A stretch of DNA of 64,000 nucleotides, from the NCBI GenBank assembly GCA_963719085.1, contig CAVRAL010000004.1:928001-992000 (forward strand). The letters are read 5' to 3'. A program made the translations under genes and the position numbers. Shown piece after piece: positions 19,837 through 29,704 of the stretch. The notes beneath the pieces are model-generated. The model searched no databases and was not told the DNA's origin. It worked only from the letters and a program-made list of their open reading frames with translations. How positions within the stretch are numbered: the stretch's first letter is position 1; every line of letters begins with the position of its first letter. The stretch comes from a candidate division FCPU426 bacterium. Lineage in GTDB: Bacteria > Oederibacteriota > Muellerivitia > Muellerivitales > Muellerivitaceae.

Positions 19837-20418
19837 TTACTTTCGCTGAAGGCAGCTCAGCCAAGCCTGAACCGGTTCGGGGCGGAGGTTGGTCTCATAG
19901 GTGGCGCGCTGAATGAGCGCGATGTCGAATTGTTTTTGGAAAGTCCGTCGAATTTCCCCCTGGGTGACCCGCCGGGGCCCCCAGCCTTCGGGTTCCTTCT
20001 CGCTGAAACAAACCACATAAGCCACGCCCTTGGGCCGCAAAATGGAAGCCAGGCTCTCCGCGTACAAAAGGCGTTCTTTGTCGGTAAAAACATGGAAGAC
20101 CGCCGAGTCGATGACCGTGTCAAAGGAGCGTTTTAAGAGGGAAAGTTTTAAGGCGTTGCCCACCCGGAAGAGGGCTTTTAAACGGCGCTGCTCGGCTTTT
20201 TCCTGCGCCAGCTCAATGGCGGTGCGGGAAAAATCAACGCCGGTGACATTGAGCCCTTTGGATGAAAGATAAAGCGCGTTTTCGCCCGTGCCGCAGCCCA
20301 CGTCCAGTACTTCGCCCTCGAAGGCTTCCTGGTCGAAAAGTTCCACGACCCAGGATTGGGGGCGGCCGATTTCCCAAGGAGGCACGCCTTCCTGGTAGCG
20401 TTGCTCGAAAGTATTCAT
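19837..20418 (-). CDS. Class I SAM-dependent methyltransferase
   Basis: VLDVGCGTGENA, VTGVDFS. Confidence 0.9.
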   Translation of the reverse strand: MNTFEQRYQEGVPPWEIGRPQSWVVELFDQEAFEGEVLDVGCGTGENALYLSSKGLNVTGVDFSRTAIELAQEKAEQRRLKALFRVGNALKLSLLKRSFDTVIDSAVFHVFTDKERLLYAESLASILRPKGVAYVVCFSEKEPEGWGPRRVTQGEIRRTFQKQFDIALIQRATYETNLRPEPVQAWLSCLQRK

Positions 20419-20434
20419 CGGTGGCCCGTCCGGA

Positions 20435-21370
20435 TTATTTCAAGGCTTTCATGGTCTCGCGGATGAGGTCGGCGGATTTTTTCAACATGCCTTTCTCCTC
20501 TTCGTCCAACTTGTACTCAAGAATTTCTTCCAGGCCTTTGCGGCCCAGCTTGACCGGCACGCCGAAGTACATGTTCTTCAAACCGTATTCGCCTTCCAGA
20601 TAAGCCGCGCAGGGGACGATCAGTTTTTTGTCCTTCAAGATGGCTTCCACCATGAAACCGGCGGCGGCTCCCGGCGCGTACCAAGCGGACACGCCCAATA
20701 AATTCACCAGTTCGCCGCCGCCCTTGCGGGTGCGGTCCACGATGGCGGCGATTTTCTCCGCCGACAAATAATTGGCGATCGGAACGCCCGCCACCGAGCA
20801 GTAACGGACTAAGGGAACCATCTCATCGCCGTGGCCTCCGATGACCGAGGCGGTCACGTTCTCGACCGCCACTTTGAGTTCGGCGGCTAAAAAGGTGCGC
20901 ATGCGGGCCGAGTCCAAAACGCCCGCCTGGCCGATGACCCGGTGTTTGGGAAGTCCGGCGGCTTTATAAGCCACATAAGCCATGGTATCGAGCGGATTGG
21001 TGACAACAATGAGGATGGTATTGGGCGAGCCGGCCACCAGGTTCTTCACAACGTCTTGCACAATGCCCTGGTTGATCGCCACCAGGTCTTCCCGGCTCAT
21101 GCCGGGCTTTCTCGGCATACCCGCGGTAATGACGCAAATATCCGAATCCTTTGTGTCGGCGTAATCGGTAGTGCCGGTCAAGTGGGAGTTATAATTGGAG
21201 ATGGGCCCGACCTGCTGCATATCCAGCGCCTTGCCCTTGGGCATGTCTTTTGCCGCCGGGATATCCAAAAGCACAATGTCCCCCAGGTCGCGTTCGGCCA
21301 TCCAGACCGCGCAAGAAGCGCCGACGTTTCCGGCTCCGACCACGGTAATTTTGGGGCGTTGGGTCGACAT
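20435..21370 (-). CDS. mdh: Malate dehydrogenase (LDH-like)
   Basis: VVGAGNVG, TAGMPRKPGMSREDL, GVLDSAR, GGHGD. Confidence 0.95.
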   Translation of the reverse strand: MSTQRPKITVVGAGNVGASCAVWMAERDLGDIVLLDIPAAKDMPKGKALDMQQVGPISNYNSHLTGTTDYADTKDSDICVITAGMPRKPGMSREDLVAINQGIVQDVVKNLVAGSPNTILIVVTNPLDTMAYVAYKAAGLPKHRVIGQAGVLDSARMRTFLAAELKVAVENVTASVIGGHGDEMVPLVRYCSVAGVPIANYLSAEKIAAIVDRTRKGGGELVNLLGVSAWYAPGAAAGFMVEAILKDKKLIVPCAAYLEGEYGLKNMYFGVPVKLGRKGLEEILEYKLDEEEKGMLKKSADLIRETMKALK

Positions 21371-21480
21371 GTTGAATCCTCCGAACGAGTAAAATGGGAA
21401 AAACTGGAGCTCAGTTTATCCAAGCCCTAGGGGAATGTCTACGCAACAGGCGGGCGGAACCCGCTCGAGGGTTGAAGCTG

Positions 21481-21760
21481 GAAAGCTTGAGCGCGTTAGC
21501 CTCAAGCCTCCAGGGGTTGGCGTTGGAAAGCTTGAGTGCGTCAGCCTCAAGCCTCCAGGGGTTGGCGTTGGAAAGCTTGAGTGCGTCAGCCTCAAGCCTC
21601 CAGGGGTTGGCGTTGGAAAGCTTGAGTGCGTCAGCCTCAAGCCTCCAGGGGTTGGCGTTGGAAAGCTTGAGTGCGTCAGCCTCAAGCCTCCAGGGGTTGG
21701 CGTTGGAAAGCTTGAGTGCGTCAGCCTCAAGCCTCCAGGGGTTGGCGTTGGAAAGCTTGA
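21481..21760. repeat. Tandem array of a 45-bp palindromic unit (6 copies + 10 bp)
   Basis: GAAAGCTTGAGTGCGTCAGCCTCAAGCCTCCAGGGGTTGGCGTTG at 21481, 21526, 21571, 21616, 21661, 21706; first copy has 2 changes. Confidence 0.97.
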
Positions 21761-21815
21761 CTGATAGGATGAGGATTATTAAGGTTGGGGAATAAGCACG
21801 AGAAAGGGGCCGCAC

Positions 21816-22340
21816 TTGTCCAAGGGATTCACGCTTTGGTTCACCGGGCTTTCGGGATCGGGGAAGTCGACGATTTCGGAGCGGGTGGCCCAACAACTGA
21901 AAAAAGACGGCCTGGCGGTCGAGCTGCTCGACGGCGACATCGTGCGCACGAACTTGTCCAAGGGTCTGGGTTTTTCCCGCGAGGACCGGGACGAGAATAT
22001 CAAGCGGGTGGGATTTGTGTGCCAGCTTTTAACCCGCAACGGCGTGGCGGCGGTTGCCTCGGTCATTTCCCCCTACCGGGCGGCCCGGGACCATAACCGA
22101 AAAAAAATAGGAAACTTCATTGAGGTCTATGTGCGTTGTCCCCTGGAGGTATGCGCGCGGCGCGACGTGAAAGGCTTGTACCAAAAGGCGCAGGCGGGCG
22201 AGATTAAAAATTTCACGGGCGTGGATGATCCTTATGAGGAACCGCTGACGCCTGAGATTATCTGCGACACGGACAAAGAAAACGTGGAGCAGAGCGTGGA
22301 AAAGGTTCTCGGGCGGGTTAAAGAGCTGGGATATCTTTGA
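21816..22340 (+). CDS. cysC: Adenylyl-sulfate kinase
   Basis: WFTGLSGSGKST, LDGDIVR, RDVKGLY, FTGVDDPYE. Confidence 0.95.
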   Translation: MSKGFTLWFTGLSGSGKSTISERVAQQLKKDGLAVELLDGDIVRTNLSKGLGFSREDRDENIKRVGFVCQLLTRNGVAAVASVISPYRAARDHNRKKIGNFIEVYVRCPLEVCARRDVKGLYQKAQAGEIKNFTGVDDPYEEPLTPEIICDTDKENVEQSVEKVLGRVKELGYL

Positions 22341-22341
22341 G

Positions 22342-24600
22342 TTGAGCCCTTTCAAGGCGGATTCCCCAACGGCGCGGGCCGCCTCCCCTTCACCGGGATG
22401 GGTGGCGCCGGTTTTAGCCCTGGCGGTCTTGTTTGTTTTTGGGAATTTCCTCAATCCCCACACCCGCTTGATCCTGTCCGAAGGCCACCAGGATCTGGAC
22501 ACCCAAATCCTTTGGTGGCGGCAATTTGGTTTTTCCGAGTTGGCGAAAGGCCATTTCGCGCTTTGGATCCCCCATTTATTTTGCGGCACCCCCTTCTTTG
22601 GCTATCTCCAACCGGCCCTGCTTTATCCCCCCAATTGGCTCTATATGGTTTGGCCCCTGCCCTTCACGGTGAATTTTCTCATCGCCCTGCACGTTTTTTT
22701 AGCCGGTTGGTTCACCGCGCTCTGGATTTTGAGACGGGGCTTCTCCACTCTGCCGGGGCTTTTGGCCGGTTTCATGGTGATGTTTGGAGCGGCCGTGTTT
22801 TTAAGGATCGTGCCGGGCCATCTTTTGAACTTAAGCGCCATGCCTTGGACTCCGCTGACCCTTTGGGTGATCGAGGGCTATCGGCAGGAAAAAAAGCCGG
22901 GATGGATTCTTTTAGGCGTTTTCGCCGTTGCGATGCAGGTGCTTTCCGGGCAGATGCAGCTTTTTTACTACAGCGTTTTGTTCACGGCCGCTTATGTTTT
23001 TTTCACGCTTCCGTCCCAGGGCAAAAAATCATTCCTGATCGGGGTTTTCGGCATGGGCCTGGGCGGGGTTTTGATCGGCTCGGTCCAGCTATTGGCCGGA
23101 TGGGACGCCGCCCGTGAAAGCCTGAGGGGCGGCGGGATGGCGCTGGACGTGGCTTCCTCGACGCCCATGCCGGTGGAAAGGCTTTGGTGCCTTTTGGCGC
23201 CGAACTTTTACGGTGATTGGAAAAATTACTGGGGCGCCGGGCTTTATTGGGAGGGCGTGTGTTATGTGGGATTGACGGGTTTTGTTTTGGCGGCGATGGG
23301 CGTTACCAGCCGCCGGCCGCAAAAGAAATTTTTCGTATGGGCTTTGATTCTATTGGTTTTGGTCGCGCTGGGCCGGCGGACATTTTTATTCGCCCTTTGT
23401 TACCACGCCTTGCCCCTCTTCAACCATTTCCGGGGCGTGGCCAAGCTGGATTTTTGGATAACCCTCTGCCTGGCCGCCCTAGCGGCGATGGGGCTCGAGG
23501 AAATTTTGGAAAATCCGGAAAGGCTCAAAGGGTTGATGCGGTGGACGGCTCTCGGGGCCGGGATTTTTCTTTTCCTGGCGCTGGGCGTGAAGGCCATCGC
23601 CCAGCGGGGGGACGCCGGTCATTTCGCCCGGTATCTGCCTTACGCGGGCGGGATGATCGAAAGCCTGCTGATGGGAGCTTGGTTATTGGGGCTTAACTCG
23701 CTGGTGGCTTGGACCAGTTTGAAAAGACCAGCCTTCCGCCATGCTTTCTTATTATTGGCTTGCGTCGAACTTTCGGCCTTCGCGTTGGATAATCGCCCCT
23801 TTTTTGATATCCAGGCCCTTCAACAAAAGATCGATCCTTTACGTCAGGTGTATCAGCTGGATCCCGGGGATTACCGGGTTTTGGCCGACTCCCGGAATTA
23901 CGCGCTGGGCACGGGGGGGAGGGATATTTGGGGTTATGACACCAACATCCCCTCCCGTTACGCCCGGTTTGTGGCGCTCACCCAAGCCTGTGACACGAGC
24001 GAGTTTTTGAAGGATTCCACCCTGCGCCGGGTTTCGCCCGCCTTGGGGCTGGTCGGCTTGCGTTATGTTTTTAACGACGCGGGGAACCATTTAACCGTGA
24101 GCCGGCTCCATCTGAAGGAAGCGCCTCGTTTTTTTGTGGATGACCGTTGGGAAGGGGCGAGCCAAGACGAGGCCCTCCAAGCGGATGTTCGGGCCGGCTT
24201 TGATCCTTTAAAGGAAGTCTTTTTGGAATCCGATCCCGGCTTCCCCGTGGCGCCGGGAAAACTTAAAAGCGAAGTCCATCTTCAAGACCTCTCCAGCGAC
24301 CTGATCCGTCTGGACGTCAAATTGTCCAAGCCCGCCGTGCTGGTTTTGGATGAAAATTACAGCGCCGGATGGAAGGCCCTGGCCTTGCCCGGCTCGGCCC
24401 AAGCCGCCTACCGGGTGATCCCCGCCGATGGGTTTTTACGGGCGGTTCCTTTGGGCGCGGGGGAGCACCATTTTCTTCTACAATACCGTCCGACGGCCTT
24501 CGTGGCGGGCAAGTGGATTTCGATCGTTTCGCTAGGGCTCTTTTTGGCCTTCAGCGTTTGGTGGATGGGATTTCGCTTTTCTCATCCCCGTAAGATTTGA
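22342..24600 (+). CDS. YfhO-family polytopic membrane protein (putative GT-C glycosyltransferase)
   Basis: LWIPHLFCGTPF..LLYPPN, many TMs, C-terminal ENYSAGWKA...AVPLGAGEH. Confidence 0.8.
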   Translation: MSPFKADSPTARAASPSPGWVAPVLALAVLFVFGNFLNPHTRLILSEGHQDLDTQILWWRQFGFSELAKGHFALWIPHLFCGTPFFGYLQPALLYPPNWLYMVWPLPFTVNFLIALHVFLAGWFTALWILRRGFSTLPGLLAGFMVMFGAAVFLRIVPGHLLNLSAMPWTPLTLWVIEGYRQEKKPGWILLGVFAVAMQVLSGQMQLFYYSVLFTAAYVFFTLPSQGKKSFLIGVFGMGLGGVLIGSVQLLAGWDAARESLRGGGMALDVASSTPMPVERLWCLLAPNFYGDWKNYWGAGLYWEGVCYVGLTGFVLAAMGVTSRRPQKKFFVWALILLVLVALGRRTFLFALCYHALPLFNHFRGVAKLDFWITLCLAALAAMGLEEILENPERLKGLMRWTALGAGIFLFLALGVKAIAQRGDAGHFARYLPYAGGMIESLLMGAWLLGLNSLVAWTSLKRPAFRHAFLLLACVELSAFALDNRPFFDIQALQQKIDPLRQVYQLDPGDYRVLADSRNYALGTGGRDIWGYDTNIPSRYARFVALTQACDTSEFLKDSTLRRVSPALGLVGLRYVFNDAGNHLTVSRLHLKEAPRFFVDDRWEGASQDEALQADVRAGFDPLKEVFLESDPGFPVAPGKLKSEVHLQDLSSDLIRLDVKLSKPAVLVLDENYSAGWKALALPGSAQAAYRVIPADGFLRAVPLGAGEHHFLLQYRPTAFVAGKWISIVSLGLFLAFSVWWMGFRFSHPRKI

Positions 24601-26897
24601 CGGAGGTGGAGGTGGAACCGACTTTAGCGGCGAAAGGATCCAAGGCGGATTTTCCCTTAAGCGGGGCGGCGTTGATTCTGGCGGCCGCGACCCTCGCGGT
24701 GTTCGGGCATTTTTTGAACCCCCAGGGATCCCAGGTGCTTTCGCTTTTAGGCGAGGACTTGAGCGGCCAATTTGTCTGGTGGCGGCAATTTGGCTTTGAG
24801 CAATTAAGGCAGGGCCATCTGGCCTTATGGAACCCCCATCTTTATTCCGGCGCGCCCTTTTTAGGCGGCTTCCAATCGGCTTTGCTTTACCCGCCCAATT
24901 GGCTTTATCTGATCTTACCTCTGGCCTTCGCCATTAATTTGGGCGTGGCGCTTCATGTTTTTTTAGCGGGTCTTTTCACGTATCTTTGGACCCGCTACCA
25001 GGGGTTTCATCCGGCGGCCTGTCTTTTGGCGGCCTTCATGTTTATGTTCGGCGGCGCCTATTTCCTTCATATTGTTCCCGGCCATCTGCCGAACCTATGC
25101 ACCATGGCCTGGATCCCCTTAACCTTTCTCGCGCTGGACGGCTGGGCGAAAGAAAGAAACGAGGGCTGGGTGGGTTTGGGGATATTGGCTTTTGCCATGG
25201 AAATTTTGGCCGGGCATATCCAATATTTTTATTACACCCTCCTGGCCGCCGGGCTTTACGTCTTCATCCAACTTCCTCAAGCCGCGCGGAAATTTTCTTA
25301 TTTGGCCGGGCCGCTCTTAATGCTCATCGGGGCTTCGCTTTTGACCGCGATTCAATTGTTGACCGGATGGGACGCCACCCAGGAAAGCGTCCGGGGTCAG
25401 AACCTGCCGCTGGATTTAATTCTTTCCAACGATTTGATGCCTGAGCGGATGTGGTCCTGGTTCGTCCCGGCCTTTTATGGGACCGCGCTGCGCCGGGATT
25501 ATTGGGGCGGAGGGATGTATTGGGAAGGCTCCCTTTTCGCCGGTGTCACGGGGATCACCCTGGCCTTTTACGGTTTTTTCGCCTCGCGCGAGCCCCGGCG
25601 GTGGAAGGTGGCGGGCCTGACCTTGTTTCTTTTGCTTTTGGCCATGGGCAAACGCACCCCTCTGTTTCTTTTGTTTTACCATTGGGTCCCCCTGTTCTCC
25701 GCTTTCCGGGGCGCCGCCAAATTCAACATTCTGATCTCGTTGGGGATTTGTTTTTTGGCCGCCGCCGGACTGGATCATTACTTAAAAGCCGGGGGAACCG
25801 GAAAAGCGCTGCGGCATTGGACCTTGGGTTTCGGCTTATTCGTCGGGGCCTTGGCGCTTTTGTTCCACGACGCGCCGATTTTGGGGCTCGCGCGCTTGGC
25901 CCAAAAATTCAGCCCGCATTGGTCCGGCATGGTTGGAAGCCTTGGGGTTTGCGCCTTGTCGCTTCTGTTGGTCTCGCTGGCGTCTTGGGCGGGCGGGCGC
26001 ACAAGCTATTTAAAGTTCGGATTATTGGCGCTGGCCTTTTTCGAGTTGTTTCTTTTCGCCCGGGCTAACCGGGGCGGGTTTGATTTGACCGAACTCGAGA
26101 AAAAAGTCGGTCAAATCCAGGCGGTCTATGACAAGGATCCCGGGGACTACCGGGTGACCGCTGATCCCACCAACGACGTTTTAGGCACCCAGGGGTTTGA
26201 TGTTTGGGGCAACGATCCCATGATCCTCAACCGTTACGCGCTTTTTATGGCCCAAAGCCAAGGGTTGGATATGGGAAACCATTTCGTGGACAAACCCTTT
26301 TTCAGGTCTTTCCCGCCCATGTTGCGGCTCACCCGGCTTCGGTATGTTTTTCGGGACCAGGGGGATGATTTTTCGGTGGAGCGGCTTCCTTTTCATGAAC
26401 AGCCCCGGATGAGTTTGGTGGGCGGATGGCGGATGGCCTCCGGGGAAGCGGCGTTGAAACAGCTGGCCGACCCGAAATTTAATTTCAGCAAGACGGCGCT
26501 GGTGGAGTCCGATCCGGGTTTCCCGTCCGGGTCCCAAAACCCCAAAGGCCAAGTGAGCTTCAAAGACCTCTCGACGGACCGGATTGAGATTCAATCCCAA
26601 AACGACAAAGCCTGTCTCTTGGTGATCAGCGACAATTACGCCCGCGGATGGCGCGCGAAAGGCCTGGCGGGGGATATCCAAGGCGTTTATCAAGTTTTGC
26701 CGGTTAACTTTTTCCAGCGGGGCATTCCCTTGTCGGCGGGAAGCCATCATTTCATCCTCGAATATTTGCCCCGGTCTTTTGAGGCGGGCAAGTGGATTTC
26801 GCTGGTTTCGCTGGGGCTTTTGCTGAGTTGGGGTTTGGGCGCGTGCGGACTCTTTTTTTACCGGTTCGTTTTCGCGGCCCGAAAGCAGGCGCTTTAA
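24597..26897 (+). CDS. YfhO-family polytopic membrane protein, paralog of the preceding gene
   Basis: LWNPHLYSGAPF..LLYPPN, DNYARGWRA; collinear with 22342-24600. Confidence 0.8.
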   Translation: MTEVEVEPTLAAKGSKADFPLSGAALILAAATLAVFGHFLNPQGSQVLSLLGEDLSGQFVWWRQFGFEQLRQGHLALWNPHLYSGAPFLGGFQSALLYPPNWLYLILPLAFAINLGVALHVFLAGLFTYLWTRYQGFHPAACLLAAFMFMFGGAYFLHIVPGHLPNLCTMAWIPLTFLALDGWAKERNEGWVGLGILAFAMEILAGHIQYFYYTLLAAGLYVFIQLPQAARKFSYLAGPLLMLIGASLLTAIQLLTGWDATQESVRGQNLPLDLILSNDLMPERMWSWFVPAFYGTALRRDYWGGGMYWEGSLFAGVTGITLAFYGFFASREPRRWKVAGLTLFLLLLAMGKRTPLFLLFYHWVPLFSAFRGAAKFNILISLGICFLAAAGLDHYLKAGGTGKALRHWTLGFGLFVGALALLFHDAPILGLARLAQKFSPHWSGMVGSLGVCALSLLLVSLASWAGGRTSYLKFGLLALAFFELFLFARANRGGFDLTELEKKVGQIQAVYDKDPGDYRVTADPTNDVLGTQGFDVWGNDPMILNRYALFMAQSQGLDMGNHFVDKPFFRSFPPMLRLTRLRYVFRDQGDDFSVERLPFHEQPRMSLVGGWRMASGEAALKQLADPKFNFSKTALVESDPGFPSGSQNPKGQVSFKDLSTDRIEIQSQNDKACLLVISDNYARGWRAKGLAGDIQGVYQVLPVNFFQRGIPLSAGSHHFILEYLPRSFEAGKWISLVSLGLLLSWGLGACGLFFYRFVFAARKQAL

Positions 26898-26946
26898 GCC
26901 CTTTTTTGTCCTATGATGAGGACGAAATTTTTAACTTGAGGCCTTT

Positions 26947-27810
26947 ATGAGCAAAGTCGCCGACCTTCATATGCATACCACCCACTCGGATGGAACCCTG
27001 ACGCCGGTGGAGTTGGCCCGCTTGGCCAAAGAACAAAAGGTGGACGCGGTGGCCCTGACGGACCATGACACGGTCTCAGGCATCGAGGAACTGGTGGAAG
27101 AAACCGGCAAGCTGGGCCTGGAAGCCATTCCGGGGGTGGAACTTTCGGCGGCTTTCGGCCCGGGTACCCTGCATATTTTGGGATACGGCTTCGATCCCCG
27201 GGGACCTATTGAGGCGCGCTTGGTTCAATTTCAAAAGGCCCGGGAAGAGCGCAATCCGCGTATTTTGGAAAAATTAAAAGAACTCGGCATGCCGCTGACC
27301 CTGGAAGAAGTTAAAACCCTTTCGAAGGCCGCGGGACAAGTCGGCCGCCCCCATATCGCCCGGGCTTTGGAACTCAAAGGCTATGTGGCTTCTTACGCGG
27401 AAGCCTTTGATAAGTTTTTATCCAAGGGAAAACCCGCCTACCTTTCCAAGGCCGGCCTTTCGGCCAAGGATTGCGTGGAACTGATCCACGAGTCCGGGGG
27501 CGTGGCGGTGGTGGCCCATCCGGTCCAGATGCGGCTTAAGGGCGAGGAGCTGACCAGCAAGATCAAGGAATTGGTGGCCTTGGGGATGGACGGGCTCGAA
27601 GTGATCCATCCGGATCATTCGCCCGAAAACCAAACGCTTTTTTCCGACCTGGCCGACGAGTTCGGTTTGTTCAAGACCGGAGGCAGCGACTTTCACGGCG
27701 CCCACAAACCCGGCGTCCAATTGGGCCAGGGCCGCCCGCCCTATTTTTTCCTCGAGAAGATGCGCGATAAAATCAGCGAGCGCCGCCGCCGCTACGCGCT
27801 TCGGAATTAG
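26947..27810 (+). CDS. PHP-domain phosphoesterase (TrpH/YciV-like)
   Basis: DLHMHTTHSDG, TDHD, GRPHIA, AHP, GGSDFHG. Confidence 0.92.
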   Translation: MSKVADLHMHTTHSDGTLTPVELARLAKEQKVDAVALTDHDTVSGIEELVEETGKLGLEAIPGVELSAAFGPGTLHILGYGFDPRGPIEARLVQFQKAREERNPRILEKLKELGMPLTLEEVKTLSKAAGQVGRPHIARALELKGYVASYAEAFDKFLSKGKPAYLSKAGLSAKDCVELIHESGGVAVVAHPVQMRLKGEELTSKIKELVALGMDGLEVIHPDHSPENQTLFSDLADEFGLFKTGGSDFHGAHKPGVQLGQGRPPYFFLEKMRDKISERRRRYALRN

Positions 27811-27816
27811 AAAGCC

Positions 27817-28497
27817 ATGCCTGAATTCACCACCGAACAACTGATTGAAAGCATGCAAACCTGGAAGCCCGCGCCGGACCTGGCGGAGCGCCTGTTGGCC
27901 CGCTTCAACCGCAAAGAAATTGCCCCGGAATTTCAAAAGGCGCTGTCGACAGCGATCGTTCAATGCGCCCGGTCCACCTACGATTACATCCAGTATATCC
28001 ACGAGTTTTCCACGGTCCGGGAGCTGGACGCCAAAAATTTAATGACCCAGGTGGCCCATTGGATTTTTTTGACGCAGGATTTGAAGACCCAGGCCAAGGT
28101 TTATGGCGAGGCCTTTCAAAAATACAACGCCGCCGTGGAGCCCCGGCTTCAAAAAGACAGTTTTGACACCTATTACTATGACGCCATCGTGGGGTTGGAC
28201 GTTCGGGAAACCTTGAAAGGCATCCTGGGCGAAGTGGAAGTGCTGCTCCAATCCATGGCCCTGACCAGCCCCGAGCTTTCGGGAGTGGATGGTTTGGCGA
28301 TTTATGAGACTTGTGTCCGGTTTCAGCTTTTTTTACAGTACCTCCAAATTCAAGCGAAGTTCAACGTGGAAGAAATGTGGTCGGTGCTTTTTGACCTTTA
28401 TAATTTGTTAAACGAGGTGGAAAACCCGGCCGAGGGGCCGAGCTCAGCGGAGTTGGGCGAGTTGCATGAGCGGGTGAGGAATTATAAGAAGAATTAA
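27817..28497 (+). CDS. Hypothetical protein
   Basis: 226-aa ORF directly after the PHP gene, genome-like codon usage. Confidence 0.75.
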   Translation: MPEFTTEQLIESMQTWKPAPDLAERLLARFNRKEIAPEFQKALSTAIVQCARSTYDYIQYIHEFSTVRELDAKNLMTQVAHWIFLTQDLKTQAKVYGEAFQKYNAAVEPRLQKDSFDTYYYDAIVGLDVRETLKGILGEVEVLLQSMALTSPELSGVDGLAIYETCVRFQLFLQYLQIQAKFNVEEMWSVLFDLYNLLNEVENPAEGPSSAELGELHERVRNYKKN

Positions 28498-28555
28498 GCC
28501 GGGCTTCGGGCGGATTGTCCGTTCCGAAAGGTTCAACTTGAAAGGGGTTTGAATC

Positions 28556-29431
28556 ATGCGGAAATTATTATTTTATTTGATTTTTGGATTGTCGTTTATG
28601 AGCGGCGGTTTCGCGGCGGCGCAGGACCAAGCGGCGGCCTATTACCAAGCGGCCAATGTGGCTTATACGGGTAAGGATTATGACGCCGCGATGGCGAATT
28701 ACCAGGAAGCCATCGAAATGGACGCCACGTTATGGCAGGCCTACCAGGGTATGGGAAATTGTTTTTATGCCCAGGGACAAAAGCAGTCCGCCTTGGTGGA
28801 TTATCAAAAGTCGTTGGACTTAAACCCCAACAATCCCCAATTGGTGGCCTTTGCCCAATCCTTGCGCGAGCAAATCGGGGCGCCGCCGCCCGCGCCCATC
28901 AGCCAAACCACAAGCCAAACCGCGAGCCTGACAGCCACTCGGGTGGCCGCCTCGGCTGGCCATTTCACGTGGGGCATCGGCTTGGCCGGGGCGATTCCGG
29001 GTACTAACGGCTCGGACGAGACCGTGGGATTTGGGGTGAACGGCAATGTGGGATACGCCTTTGACGAGAATTTGGCGATCCTGTTGGAAGTCGATGGGTT
29101 GGTTTTCCCCACGACGGACCCCGAGTTCACCAGCCTGGAAACAGACGTTTTTCCCGCGATTCAATATACCTTCACTTCGCCCGGCTCCACGGTCCATCCC
29201 TTTGTGTTCGGCGGCATCGGGCTTAACGACAATATAGCCGAATATGATTACTACTACGGCGAGTCTGAAACATTTTCGCAGACGGAGCCCTTACTGGCGA
29301 TCGGCGGCGGCCTGGATTTTTTCATCGCCAATAAACTTGATTTGGTCGTTAAGGCGAAATATGTGGAGGTCCTGAGCCCGGGCGGCGGGTTCTCTTTCCT
29401 GCCTATTTCCGCGGGACTGCAGTTTAATTAA
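28556..29431 (+). CDS. TPR + outer-membrane beta-barrel protein
   Basis: Signal peptide, TPR repeats, amphipathic strands ending GLQFN. Confidence 0.75.
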   Translation: MRKLLFYLIFGLSFMSGGFAAAQDQAAAYYQAANVAYTGKDYDAAMANYQEAIEMDATLWQAYQGMGNCFYAQGQKQSALVDYQKSLDLNPNNPQLVAFAQSLREQIGAPPPAPISQTTSQTASLTATRVAASAGHFTWGIGLAGAIPGTNGSDETVGFGVNGNVGYAFDENLAILLEVDGLVFPTTDPEFTSLETDVFPAIQYTFTSPGSTVHPFVFGGIGLNDNIAEYDYYYGESETFSQTEPLLAIGGGLDFFIANKLDLVVKAKYVEVLSPGGGFSFLPISAGLQFN

Positions 29432-29442
29432 GGCTCAATGAG

Positions 29443-29477
29443 AAAAGCCCCGTCCCGGCAAGGGGCGGGGCTTTTTT
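29443..29477 (+). terminator. Rho-independent terminator (possibly bidirectional)
   Basis: AAAAGCCCCGTCCC-GGCAA-GGGGCGGGGCTTTTTT. Confidence 0.85.
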
Positions 29478-29499
29478 ATTTTTGAAAAGCTTTCAAAGG

Positions 29500-29542
29500 G
29501 GGGCTCCGGTTCGTCCATTTAGACCGGGATGGCTAAACCTTC
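29500..29542 (-). repeat. 43-bp direct repeat of the MBL hydrolase 3' end plus downstream flank
   Basis: 39/43 identical to 29686-29728. Confidence 0.85.
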
Positions 29543-29704
29543 TCCCTAAAGGGATTCAGGTTTGTTTGTATTTAAAAATAGCGGAAAGGCGTGCCATTTT
29601 TATACAGGGATGACGAGTCTCGCCCCCTCCCGTTGGTCGGGGACCAGGTTTATCCGTATTAAATTGCCGCAACCTCCGCCCGAACGGGGCTCCGGTTCGT
29701 CAAT

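Noticed and set aside
21481..21760. CRISPR array
   Set aside because: Units are identical end to end with no unique spacers, and there are no cas genes in the window.
21394..21896. ORFs spanning the 45-bp repeat on both strands
   Set aside because: They are open only because the unit is 15 codons without stops; no domain or clear SD.
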